Positions 6,794-17,100 of a DNA stretch of 64,000 nt are shown piece after piece. A program made the position numbers and the translations under genes. Each line of letters opens with the position of its first letter. The first letter of the stretch is position 1. Source of the stretch: a virus; IMG/VR virus record IMGVR_UViG_3300031951_000037, positions 32,001 through 96,000 of that record. One strand, 5' to 3'. Below the pieces are notes generated by a model. That model was not told the origin of the DNA, ran no database searches, and was given only the letters and a program-made list of their open reading frames with translations.

Positions 6794-9703
6794 ATGGCAA
6801 CTTTATCGGAAGCACTTAACACCGAACGGGAAATTTTAAATGTCTATAGAACATTTTTACCTAGACTGAGAGCATTAATTGATCAGGTTAAGGCGATTGA
6901 CCCTTCTGCATCTGATGCATCTCAAAGATTAGATGCTTTGGATGCTCAATACCTTGCTTTTAATAGAGAGATACGAGCCGCGTTGGATCCGTTAGACGCA
7001 TTAGCAAGATCACAATTTGATACCCTAAGCGAAGCAGATAAAATTGCAGTAAATCAATCGCAGGTGCGTAGAGACACAGTTCAAGGCTCAATCCAATATT
7101 CGGAATTGCGTGAAGAATTCTTAGCACAGTCTGATATTAAATTTAACCAAATAGAACGCGCCGCATCGCCGCCGGCAACTCCTACAATTGATAATACCGC
7201 TGCACCAGCTAATGCTGCCCCCACCAGTACTAATACTTTAGCAGGCCCGGCAAGCGATGACAGCGGCGCACAAGAAACGGTAACTACTGGCAGTGAAACT
7301 CCTGTTACTACCGACACAACTTTACCAACCGTCGATGGTAATAATGCTGAAGAAGTAGATACTAACGCTCCTGACAATTCTGAACGAGAAGGAGAAGAAT
7401 CTACTAATGATTTAGGCGCACCTGGCGAACCCCCGTATGAAAATGAAGGGTTCAAATCAGTTGAGAATGAACAGAATTCTAGACCAGGCAAGAGATTAAA
7501 CAATCCACTATCTTACTTGTCAAGTTACACTTATCAGCTTAGTTTGTATATGATTTCTCCTGATGGTTATGAAGCTTTTATTGCCTCAGGTAGAAAAAAT
7601 ATATTTGCCTTTAGCGATCTTGATCCTATTCAAGCCGCAACCGCAGCAGCAGATAATCGTCTAGACGGCGTATATCTAGTAGCACAAAGCGCAGGTATGG
7701 GAAAGCCAGAATACAGAGCTAACGGATTTGATTTAGATTATTATATAGATAATCTCAGTTTTGAAGCAATTATTGCTCAAAAAGAAAATGATGGTCCGGT
7801 TGCTAATACCGCATATAGATTTAAGATTGTAGAACCATATGGATTTTCGTTCGTCACTAAACTTCGCCGAGCGCAAGAAGAAATAATCAACAAAAATAAC
7901 GGTAGAGAAACAGTAAGCTATCTATCGGGAAGTAATAATAACCCTACCAAAATGTTTTATATATTGGGTATACGTTTTTACGGCTATGATGAAGAAGGTA
8001 ATCAAGTGTCCGGCGACAGTGTATTTGACGGTACTTCAATTGATCCCAACGCCGGGCCAGGTGGAGCATTGTTTGAGACATTTTATGATATCGTTATTAC
8101 TGAATTTAAATTCAAAATTGATGGCAATGCAACCACTTACGACATTCGGGCCGAGACAGCTAGTATATCGTCATCAATTAACCAAACAAAAGGCATAGTT
8201 CCTGACAATAAAAATGTGTATGGTACAACTGTTAGGGATATGTTTTCAGGGCCAAACGGTTTGCTAACTCAATTAAACAAGGATCAAAAAGCTTTGTTGG
8301 ATAATGAGACAATAGAACATCCCATTACATATAGAATTCAGTGGTTAGGTTCTGGCGGAAGAAATATTGCATTGTCTAGAATGAATACTCCTAACAAAAC
8401 GAGTAAGAGTAATCAGGCAGGGGCAGGGGCAGAGAATACTGCACAATCAAATGAAGCCACTGCTGCTAGAGCAGCACCTAATAAGAATCGGATAGAACAC
8501 AAAGTATCTGGCGGTAGCCCTATAGTTCAAGAACTAGAGCAAATAATAGTTCAAAGCACCTACTTAACAGATGCTATGTCTGTAAATTACACAGACGCAC
8601 CAGAATCTGATTCGGAATCATCAACTCCGGAATCCGTAGAAGGTGCCGGCCGACAAATTGCTTGGTTCAGCGTGAGTCCACAAATTAGTAATATTAGGTG
8701 GGATAGAAAAAGAAAAGACTGGGCATACGATATTACCTATGTTATTCAACAATATCTTATTCCGCAAATTGAAAATCCGTATGTAGTAAACAACACCTCA
8801 TACTATGGCCCGCATAAAAGATATGAATACTGGTATACTGGTAAAAATACAGAAATACTTGGCTATGAACAAGTAATTAATAATCAATATTTCGTGTCAT
8901 TACTAACTAACCCAGAAAATAGTGGCAATTCTGGTGGTAATAGTTCTAATAACGATGGACAAGGCGCCAAAAATGCAGTAAATACTCAATCAAATGGTAA
9001 TAAGTCAGGAGGACAAGGTACTCCTAGTCTAGAAGCAGGAAATAGTTTTAGAACAAGCTTATATGATCCAGAAAGTTTTGCTAAAGCTAAAATTCAAATA
9101 TTAGGAGATCCGGACTTTTTAATACACGATACTGTTTCTGGTACTTTAGGAGGAGGAAGAAACTTACAGCAGGCCTATAGTAAATTTTATGAGGCAAACG
9201 GGACCACTGTTAATCCTACGTCTGGACAAGTATTCGTTGAAATTGACTTTAAGGAAGCAGTTGACTATTCTCGTAACGGGTTGTTTATAGATGATTTAAG
9301 TGAGTTGGGTATTCCTCCTGTTGAAGGAGCCCCGGGAACTTTGGCGATTAATGATAGCATTGAGTTTTGGAGATATCCGGAGGGCTGGGCAGAAAGAATC
9401 AGAGGAGTAAGTTATCAAGTTCTTACAGTAACAAGTACTTTCCAAAACGGAGCCTTCAAGCAAACTATTAACGCAGTCATTAACCCACTCGCAGCAAAGG
9501 ATGCAGCAGACAAACAAACTCAAGAAGAAGAGGGTCTTACCAATTCCAACGATAATCAAACTGGAAATGCAAGTCCAACAACTGCGAATACCACAACACC
9601 TACAGGAACCCCGACGGATCGGGAAGCATTAGATATCGCTGCTGCATCACTTTTCACGCGTGGACCATTTGCTGATGGTTACCGACTTGGTCCAACATCA
9701 TAA
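6794..9703 (+). CDS. Baseplate hub protein (gp27/gp44-like), enlarged
   Basis: 969 aa; lies between gp53 and gp5; C-terminal KIQILGDPDF...SYQVLTVTSTFQNGAFKQTI is typical of hub C-termini. Confidence 0.6.
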   Translation: MATLSEALNTEREILNVYRTFLPRLRALIDQVKAIDPSASDASQRLDALDAQYLAFNREIRAALDPLDALARSQFDTLSEADKIAVNQSQVRRDTVQGSIQYSELREEFLAQSDIKFNQIERAASPPATPTIDNTAAPANAAPTSTNTLAGPASDDSGAQETVTTGSETPVTTDTTLPTVDGNNAEEVDTNAPDNSEREGEESTNDLGAPGEPPYENEGFKSVENEQNSRPGKRLNNPLSYLSSYTYQLSLYMISPDGYEAFIASGRKNIFAFSDLDPIQAATAAADNRLDGVYLVAQSAGMGKPEYRANGFDLDYYIDNLSFEAIIAQKENDGPVANTAYRFKIVEPYGFSFVTKLRRAQEEIINKNNGRETVSYLSGSNNNPTKMFYILGIRFYGYDEEGNQVSGDSVFDGTSIDPNAGPGGALFETFYDIVITEFKFKIDGNATTYDIRAETASISSSINQTKGIVPDNKNVYGTTVRDMFSGPNGLLTQLNKDQKALLDNETIEHPITYRIQWLGSGGRNIALSRMNTPNKTSKSNQAGAGAENTAQSNEATAARAAPNKNRIEHKVSGGSPIVQELEQIIVQSTYLTDAMSVNYTDAPESDSESSTPESVEGAGRQIAWFSVSPQISNIRWDRKRKDWAYDITYVIQQYLIPQIENPYVVNNTSYYGPHKRYEYWYTGKNTEILGYEQVINNQYFVSLLTNPENSGNSGGNSSNNDGQGAKNAVNTQSNGNKSGGQGTPSLEAGNSFRTSLYDPESFAKAKIQILGDPDFLIHDTVSGTLGGGRNLQQAYSKFYEANGTTVNPTSGQVFVEIDFKEAVDYSRNGLFIDDLSELGIPPVEGAPGTLAINDSIEFWRYPEGWAERIRGVSYQVLTVTSTFQNGAFKQTINAVINPLAAKDAADKQTQEEEGLTNSNDNQTGNASPTTANTTTPTGTPTDREALDIAAASLFTRGPFADGYRLGPTS

Positions 9704-9716
9704 AGAGATATGAAAT

Positions 9717-12700
9717 ATGCCTATTGACACAACCAAACAAAAAGGTCCTGTTAAAAGCTCTAGACCAGAATCTGGCGGAGCTAATGTAAAGAACTATCCA
9801 ATTATTGGTGTTGTTAAGGACAATATTGATCCTACTAGAGCAGGAAGAATCAAGGTAGCACTACAAGATGGTAAGGGTGCTGTTGATCCTGACTCTGCTG
9901 GCAACTGGGTAACTGTTCAATATTTGTCTACGTTCTTTGGAACGATCGGTTCCAGCTCAGGAGAAGGTGCTGAGGATTATGGATCATATAAAAACAATCC
10001 TACCTCATATGGTCAATGGCAAGCTCCGCCTGATATCGGGACTAAAGTAGTCTGTATATTTGTCAACGGTGATCTTAACGCCGGGTATTATATTGGTGCT
10101 ATTCCAGAGCCTGAAGCGTTACAGATGGTTCCTGCAATTGGCGCCAGCGACAAAGTAACATTAAATCAAGGTGAAGCTGACGGGTTTGGTGGTGCAACTA
10201 GATTACCGGTTACTAACCTAAATACGAATAACAAAGATAAAGCAGACAGTAATCAATTCTTAGATACTCCTCGCCCGGTTCACAGCTATTCAGCTAGTGT
10301 AATGAGCCAACAAGGTATCATTCGTGATCCTGTAAGAGGGCCAATCTCATCCAGCGCAAGCAGAGAGACGGTAAGTAGAGTAGGCTGGGGTGTAGCTACA
10401 CCGGGAAGACCCATATATCAAGGAGGATATGATGACTCAACTCTTCCTGAAAACTTATCAGGAGAAAAAGCGCAAGAGTTAAAAGTAATTTCTAGACGAG
10501 GCGGACACAGCATCGTTATGGATGACGGTGACGTTATTGGCCGCGATCAACTCGTTCGCATTCGCACAGCTTTAGGCCATCAAATCTTAATGAGTGATGA
10601 TGGACAAACATTGATGATTCTTCATAGCAATGGTCAGAGCTATGTTGAATTAGGCAAAGAAGGTACAGTTGATATCTATTCAACTAACAGTATTAACATG
10701 CGTACTCAGGGTGATTTTAATATTCACGCTGATCGCCATGTTAATATTCACGCAATGGAAAACTTGAATATTCAAGCTAAGAATATTCATACAAACAGTG
10801 AAGAAGAAACTAAATCACGAGCAGGAAAAGATTATAGAATTGAGGCATTAAACAACTTTACTGTTAAGGCTGGTGCAGCATTTGCAGCTAGCAGTGGCGG
10901 CGAAGCTAGCATGGTTGCCGGTGGACAAGCATTCGTTAATGGTAGCAAAGTAAATCTCAATTCAGGAAGTCCAGGATTGACCCCAGCAACAGTACCCATC
11001 ATATCTCTCGTTGCACAAACAGATACCCTGTTTGATGAAGGGAAGGGCTGGGCTGCCGCCCCAGGCAAACTATTAAGTATCGCATCAAGAGCTCCTGCAC
11101 ACTTCCCGTGGGCAAATGCAGGTATGGGAGTTGATGTTAAAACTTCAGGTAACGCTAGTGATAACTTACCCAAAGCTCCATCTAACGCCGTTCAGAATGT
11201 GAATGCCGCTGCTGCCGCTAGCGGAGCAACACCACCAAACACCGCAACTGTTGCTTCAGTCCCTGCAACAAATTCAGTATCTCCTGCAATGGATAAAAAT
11301 ACAACAGGTGCAGTATTGGGAGCTGTTGCAACAACTGCGGCTACTGGGGTAACTGCACCTGCTGTAGCTGGCGGCGCAGCAATTATTCCAACAAGTGCAG
11401 GCGCAAAAGCCTCAGGATTAATTGGAGCAATTAATCAGGTAGCGGGCAATATTAATACTGCTATCGGACAGGTAAATCAAGTTGTATCCACTGCAAGCTC
11501 GGTAGTAAATCAAGTCTCTACTTCTGTAACGCAGTCTGCGGTTGCGGTTGGCTCTTTTGCTCAAACACCTCAACAGCTAACTCAGTCAGGAATATTAAAG
11601 CCCGGTTCATCCAATCTTATTAATGGTTTGGCTAGCGCAGGAAAGAGCATTATCAATAGTGTTCCTGACTCACTGTTTACTGGAAAAGCAGGAGCCGAAA
11701 ATGTTACTGCACTAGCAACAAATGTTGTAGCACAGGCTCAATCTGCGGTAACTGTAATGCAGTCTGCACAAAAAGCATTAGGTGATGCAGGAATATTAAC
11801 TGGTAAGGAATCATCCACCCAAACAGCTGGACTTGTCACCGCTACAGCTACCGCTGGAATAGAACAAACTATTAGTGTAGTTAAGCAAGCTGCAAGCACA
11901 ACCACATCGCTAGTAAATAATGTAACTAACATATCAAGTAGTTTAACTCAGACCACAAACTCAGTCACCGGCGCAGTGAACAGTGCAATCAGCACCGCAA
12001 CATCACTTACAGGATCAATCACCGGGGGAATAAATTCTGCAACTAATGCAGTAGGTCAATTACAAAATACTGCAAATCAAGTTTCCGGTGCGTTAGACAA
12101 AGCTAGCTCAGTGTTGAATTCAATTGGTGCAGGTAATGAAGCAGCTAATTTGGCTAATAGCTTAGGTGGATTGGGCGGAATCGCAAATGCACTTAAGGGA
12201 ATGGGTGAAGGCGGCCCATCGGTATCGCTAACCGGATTACTCGATTCCGTTAAGGGCATAGCAGGATCAGCATATAGTGCTATATTAGACAGCTTCCCTA
12301 AATTAGAGCCAAACGTTCCGCAATATCTTTCTGATTTTGCTAAGCAGGCAGCAACTAAAGCAGCAGTTACCGAAAGTACTGTCCCCGGTTCACCAGCACC
12401 TGGCGCGACAAATCTTGAAAACAGATTATCCACTATTGCTCAAAACTTGACCGGTGATTTGGCACCAATTGGCGAAGGGTTGGCAAGTACAGTAAACAAC
12501 ACTGTAGCAGGAATAACCGGCTCACTACAAAATACTATTAATCAAGTGACTGAAGGAGCAACCAATATATTATCAGGCAACACGCCATCTACTGTAACAT
12601 TGACTTCTCTAACCGACACATTATCGCAAGCATCCACATTTGTTAATAATGTATCTGGAGTCACCAATACTACTACCAACTTGATTAATCAGGTAACGGG

Positions 12701-13637
12701 CGTTGCCGGCGATGCTTCTAGGGTACTCGCTAATGTAAATAATGCAGTAAATGAAGTAAATGGTTTGTCAGGTGCTGCACAAACATTGCAGAGTGGATTG
12801 ACCAGTCTTGCAAATGCGGCTAAGTCAGTACAAGCAGGTGGCGGTTCTGCTAAGGCATCTACTCTTGCTAGTGGAATAAACAATCTACCGGGCGGAATTA
12901 AATCGGTATCATCATTGTTGGATAAAGCGTCCGGCGCAGTCAACATGGTTCCGGGCACTGGTCAGTTGTCTGGACTATTGCAAAATGCACAGACGCAAGT
13001 GTTGAACGGATTATCTACTGTTAATAATGTATTGAACGACATTAACAATATTACTAATAAAGCTGGCGGACTAAGCTCACTAATAGCATCAAAGCTTCCT
13101 CTAGGCGAAGCTTCGCAGATGTTGTCAGCATTGTCAGCATTAGGGTCAGGCGGTCCAAGTCCTATTAGACTTCCTGAGTTGGGTGTGAATACTCTTAACA
13201 GAGCTTCGCTCACTGCACAGATCAATAACATTATCGGTGACTTAGGCATACCAAAACCCAACTTGTTGGGTGAGGTATTATCAACTGTTGTTATGGCTAT
13301 TGAGAAAAGAGAATTGGAACTCAGAAAAGAGAGACAGCGAATTCAAGAACAACTTGATATTGCTGAAGCTGAAGAAATTAAGGCAGGAAATGAATTTGTT
13401 GACGCATTTAATACCCTTCCGGAAGGCGATCCAACCATTGCTGCACTAGAAAAGAAATATAACGAAGCTAGAGCTAAAACTGAAAAACTAGTCAGAGAAT
13501 TAGCCAATGTGGGTAAAAGAGTCAAAGAAACTACCGAGGCTAAAACAGCACCTCCGGACCCTGCAACAGCTCCTGCTCCACAACCCACATTAGCATTGAA
13601 CACAACACAAGTCAACAATAACATTGGGTTTGGATGA
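9717..13637 (+). CDS. gp5: Baseplate central spike (gp5/VgrG-like) with a very long C-terminal extension
   Basis: 1306 aa; OB-fold GVVKDNIDPTRAGRIKV...PPDIGTKVVCIFVNGD...YYIG, beta-helix repeats (GHQILMSDD, INMRTQGDFNIHAD), then ~880 aa rich in A/S/T/G/N. Confidence 0.8.
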   Translation: MPIDTTKQKGPVKSSRPESGGANVKNYPIIGVVKDNIDPTRAGRIKVALQDGKGAVDPDSAGNWVTVQYLSTFFGTIGSSSGEGAEDYGSYKNNPTSYGQWQAPPDIGTKVVCIFVNGDLNAGYYIGAIPEPEALQMVPAIGASDKVTLNQGEADGFGGATRLPVTNLNTNNKDKADSNQFLDTPRPVHSYSASVMSQQGIIRDPVRGPISSSASRETVSRVGWGVATPGRPIYQGGYDDSTLPENLSGEKAQELKVISRRGGHSIVMDDGDVIGRDQLVRIRTALGHQILMSDDGQTLMILHSNGQSYVELGKEGTVDIYSTNSINMRTQGDFNIHADRHVNIHAMENLNIQAKNIHTNSEEETKSRAGKDYRIEALNNFTVKAGAAFAASSGGEASMVAGGQAFVNGSKVNLNSGSPGLTPATVPIISLVAQTDTLFDEGKGWAAAPGKLLSIASRAPAHFPWANAGMGVDVKTSGNASDNLPKAPSNAVQNVNAAAAASGATPPNTATVASVPATNSVSPAMDKNTTGAVLGAVATTAATGVTAPAVAGGAAIIPTSAGAKASGLIGAINQVAGNINTAIGQVNQVVSTASSVVNQVSTSVTQSAVAVGSFAQTPQQLTQSGILKPGSSNLINGLASAGKSIINSVPDSLFTGKAGAENVTALATNVVAQAQSAVTVMQSAQKALGDAGILTGKESSTQTAGLVTATATAGIEQTISVVKQAASTTTSLVNNVTNISSSLTQTTNSVTGAVNSAISTATSLTGSITGGINSATNAVGQLQNTANQVSGALDKASSVLNSIGAGNEAANLANSLGGLGGIANALKGMGEGGPSVSLTGLLDSVKGIAGSAYSAILDSFPKLEPNVPQYLSDFAKQAATKAAVTESTVPGSPAPGATNLENRLSTIAQNLTGDLAPIGEGLASTVNNTVAGITGSLQNTINQVTEGATNILSGNTPSTVTLTSLTDTLSQASTFVNNVSGVTNTTTNLINQVTGVAGDASRVLANVNNAVNEVNGLSGAAQTLQSGLTSLANAAKSVQAGGGSAKASTLASGINNLPGGIKSVSSLLDKASGAVNMVPGTGQLSGLLQNAQTQVLNGLSTVNNVLNDINNITNKAGGLSSLIASKLPLGEASQMLSALSALGSGGPSPIRLPELGVNTLNRASLTAQINNIIGDLGIPKPNLLGEVLSTVVMAIEKRELELRKERQRIQEQLDIAEAEEIKAGNEFVDAFNTLPEGDPTIAALEKKYNEARAKTEKLVRELANVGKRVKETTEAKTAPPDPATAPAPQPTLALNTTQVNNNIGFG

Positions 13638-13638
13638 G

Positions 13639-13645
13639 CTAAATA
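13639..13645 (+). promoter_or_regulatory. Late promoter (CTAAATA) for gp25
   Basis: Intergenic TAAATA core, followed by GAGGA and the ATG at 13663. Confidence 0.55.
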
Positions 13646-13662
13646 TTGATAGAGGATAACAC

Positions 13663-14112
13663 ATGGCAACTTACTTGGGATTCAGCACGCAAAATGCATG
13701 TCAACCAAAAACGACGAACGCTACATCAGGCAGTGCAGGCGGCCCGGGCGGAATTCGCACAGGTATTAATTGGGGTAAAAAATACAGTTTAGTAGACAAT
13801 GATCTAGTAATACAAGATTTTATTAACGCTCTCAACATACGAAGAGGGACTAAAGTAGGTCAGCCTGGCTATGGAACTATATTGTGGGACTTATTGTTTG
13901 AACAAAACGTAGCACAAGTTCAAGATGACATTGAAAATGAAGTAAGAAGAATCGCTAGACAAGATCCTAGAATGGTGTTCAACATGGTTAGGTCTTATCC
14001 ATATGAAAACGGAATTCTGATAGAAATTCAGATGGCTGTACAACCCATAAACCAGCCTGTAGTTATTAAAGTAAACGTGAATATTCAAGAGAGTACAGCC
14101 ACTTTAGTATAA
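13663..14112 (+). CDS. gp25: Baseplate wedge gp25-like (GPW/gp25 family)
   Basis: 149 aa; INALNIRRGTKVGQPGYGTILWDLLFE...IENEVRRIARQDPR; lies between gp5 and gp6. Confidence 0.85.
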   Translation: MATYLGFSTQNACQPKTTNATSGSAGGPGGIRTGINWGKKYSLVDNDLVIQDFINALNIRRGTKVGQPGYGTILWDLLFEQNVAQVQDDIENEVRRIARQDPRMVFNMVRSYPYENGILIEIQMAVQPINQPVVIKVNVNIQESTATLV

Positions 14113-14130
14113 AACACGGTTTTTTTCTAT

Positions 14131-14138
14131 GATAAATA
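14131..14138 (+). promoter_or_regulatory. Late promoter (GATAAATA) for gp6
   Basis: Intergenic exact copy of the motif at 4846. Confidence 0.7.
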
Positions 14139-14159
14139 TATTATCAATAGAGAGAAACT

Positions 14160-17100
14160 ATGGCAACAAGTTCAAGACAATCAGCACTATTTGGCCTTAA
14201 CGACTGGAAGACTATTTACCAGACGTTCAACCAAGCAGACTTTCGTAGTTATGACTATGAAACACTACGCAAAGCGTTTATAGATTACCTTCAGGTATAT
14301 TATCCTGAAACTTTCAATGATTATGTTGAATCTAGTGAATTTGTTGCCTTACTAGATGTAATCGCCTTTATGGGACAGGGTCTTGCATTCCGTAATGACC
14401 TAAACGCTCGTGAAAACTTTATTGATACTGCTGAACGTAGAGATAGTGTTGTTAAGCTTGCTAATCTTGTGAGCTACACCCCAAAAAGAAATATTGCTGG
14501 TCAAGGCTATCTCAAAGTAACTAGCATTAGCACTACCCAAAACATTACTGACATTAATGGTTTAAATCTAAGCAATGTTCCTGTATTATGGAACGACCCT
14601 GCTAATCCTAATTGGCTAGAGCAGTTCAACACAATTATTAACGCTGCATTGATCAATACACAAAGAATTGGGCGCCCCGGTAACGTTAGTGAAATCTCTG
14701 GCATAACAACCAATGAATATAGCATACAGATTGCTCCCAATGCACTACCTATCGTCCCATTCAATGCAACAGTCAACAACACCAACATGAACTTTGAATT
14801 GTGCAGTGTCACTAGCATAGACGAAGATTATGTTTATGAAATTCCACCTGCGCCATCTGGCCGTTTCAACATGTTATATCGTAACGACAAGTTAGGGTTC
14901 GGAAGTCCTGACACTGGATTCTTTTTCTACTTCAAGCAGGGAAGCCTACAGACATTTGACTTTGCATTACAACAACAAATTGCAAACCAAACCATTAACA
15001 TTGATATTCAGGGAATTAACAATACTGACACTTGGCTGTACAAAATCAATCAAGATCGTTCTAGAGATTTGTGGAGAAAAGTTGAAAACGTATACGCTGA
15101 TGCCTACCTACAAAACGAAAGTTCAGCTAGACAAATCTTTTCTGTAAGCTCACGTTTCAACGACCAAGTAACTTATGTGTTCGGTGATGGAGTATTTTCT
15201 GAAATACCTGTAGGAAACTTTAGAGCATATGTTCGTGCAGGTAACGCACTCACTTACACAATTTATCCTACAGACATGAACGGTTTATCTGTGGCGTTTA
15301 CTTACATATCACGATTGGGTAGAGCAGAAACTTTGACATTAGGATTGTCACTAACTCAAACTGTGACTACTGCACAAGCTAGAGAATCAATCGCTGAAAT
15401 TAAGCAACGTGCCCCTACTCGCTACTATACACAGAATCGTATGGTAAATGGCGAAGATTATAATAACTTCCCATATACACTGTATAGTTCAATTATTAAG
15501 AGTAAGGCAATCAATCGTTCAAGCATTGGCGTGAGTAAGAACTTAGACTTACTTGACCCAACTGGTAAGTATAGCAGCACAAACAGTTTCGGTTCTGACG
15601 GCGCATTATATCAAGATGACACTGATGGATTCTTGAATCTTACGATCAATAACACCAGCGATATTATTGCATTCTTTACAAATACATTAGCAAGTGTATT
15701 GTCGTTGAATCGTGCAAGCCAATATTATATTCAAAATTATCCTCGCTATGATGTTAATACTAGTACTGGCGATGGAGTAGTATATTGGAAGACTAGCTCA
15801 GTAGATACTAGCAGTGAATCAGGGTATGTATATAATGTTTCTGGTAGTTTAGAAACTCCGATTAATGTTGGTACATTCAATACTAATAATTTAAAGTATC
15901 TAACGACTGGCGCTATTGTAAAGTTCAATGCCCCTGCAGGTTTTTACTTTGACAGTGATAACAGATTGAAAGCGGGAATCCCGGGACCTAGTGATAGCAC
16001 ATTTATTTGGACTACTATTCTCAATGTCGTGGGCGATGGATCAAACAATGGCGAAGGTAGCTTTGCAAATGGTTCAGGGCCTATTGTAGTCAGTGGGTAT
16101 GTTCCCGATGGAGTTGTTCTTACTCAAATTATTCCAGTGTTTGGCAACAACATCCCCGCTAGCGTAATTCAAGAATGCTTGATCAGAATGGAATTGAATC
16201 AAGATTTCACATTAGTATTTGACAATTCATTAATGATCAACCAGAATAGATGGAGCATCAAGAAATTCACTGATCCAAATTGGTTCGTGAAATTCACTAG
16301 CGTTGGACTTAACAGATATTCTATTACATACAGGTCACTAACATATTATTTTGCCAGTGTTGCTGATACTCGTTTTACTTTTGCTAAAAACGAATTAGTC
16401 TATGATCCATTTAGCGGTAAAATTATTCAAGACTTTATTAATGTATTAGGAATTAACGCACTTCCTAATAATACTACACCGTTGGGTAAAGATACTAAAG
16501 TTAACATCTTAGGACAGACTGTTGAAAGCGACGGCTACGTAAATGACTTCCAAGTAGAAGTTGCAGCCACAGACGTAAACAACCGTCAATTGATTTTGAA
16601 TCCAGACTTCTTTAATGAAATTACTGGATATGTCAGTGGAGGTTCCAATATTGGAATCTATACATTCTTTGAGACTGTACAAGACCCTATCAATTTAACA
16701 CGCCAGTATTTGATACCCACAAGTAGTGTTATGTCACAGTATCCAACACAGACTCAAATTGAGCTTGTGAAGTATGATTATCCTCTTGGACAATTATTCT
16801 ATGCATACGGTGAAAATAAATTCTACAAAACTGTACAGGATCAAACTGTAACAGTTCCATTCTACTATTTGGTTGAGCAATTGCAGTATAGTGTTAAGCC
16901 CGGTCGTCAAGGATTAAGTTATCAGTATCGCCATAACTCAAACAATACAAATAGAATTGATCCAGTTACAACTAATATTATTGATTTGTATGTGGTTACT
17001 CAGAGCTATTATACTGCATATCAAAACTATATTGTTGACAGTACTAATACTATTCCTGAGCCAAATAGACCTACTTTAACTGAACTTACACAAGAATACA

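Noticed and set aside
14110-14127. Rho-independent terminator after gp25 (AAAAC-ACG-GTTTT followed by Ts)
   Set aside because: The stem is almost all A-T and too weak to call.
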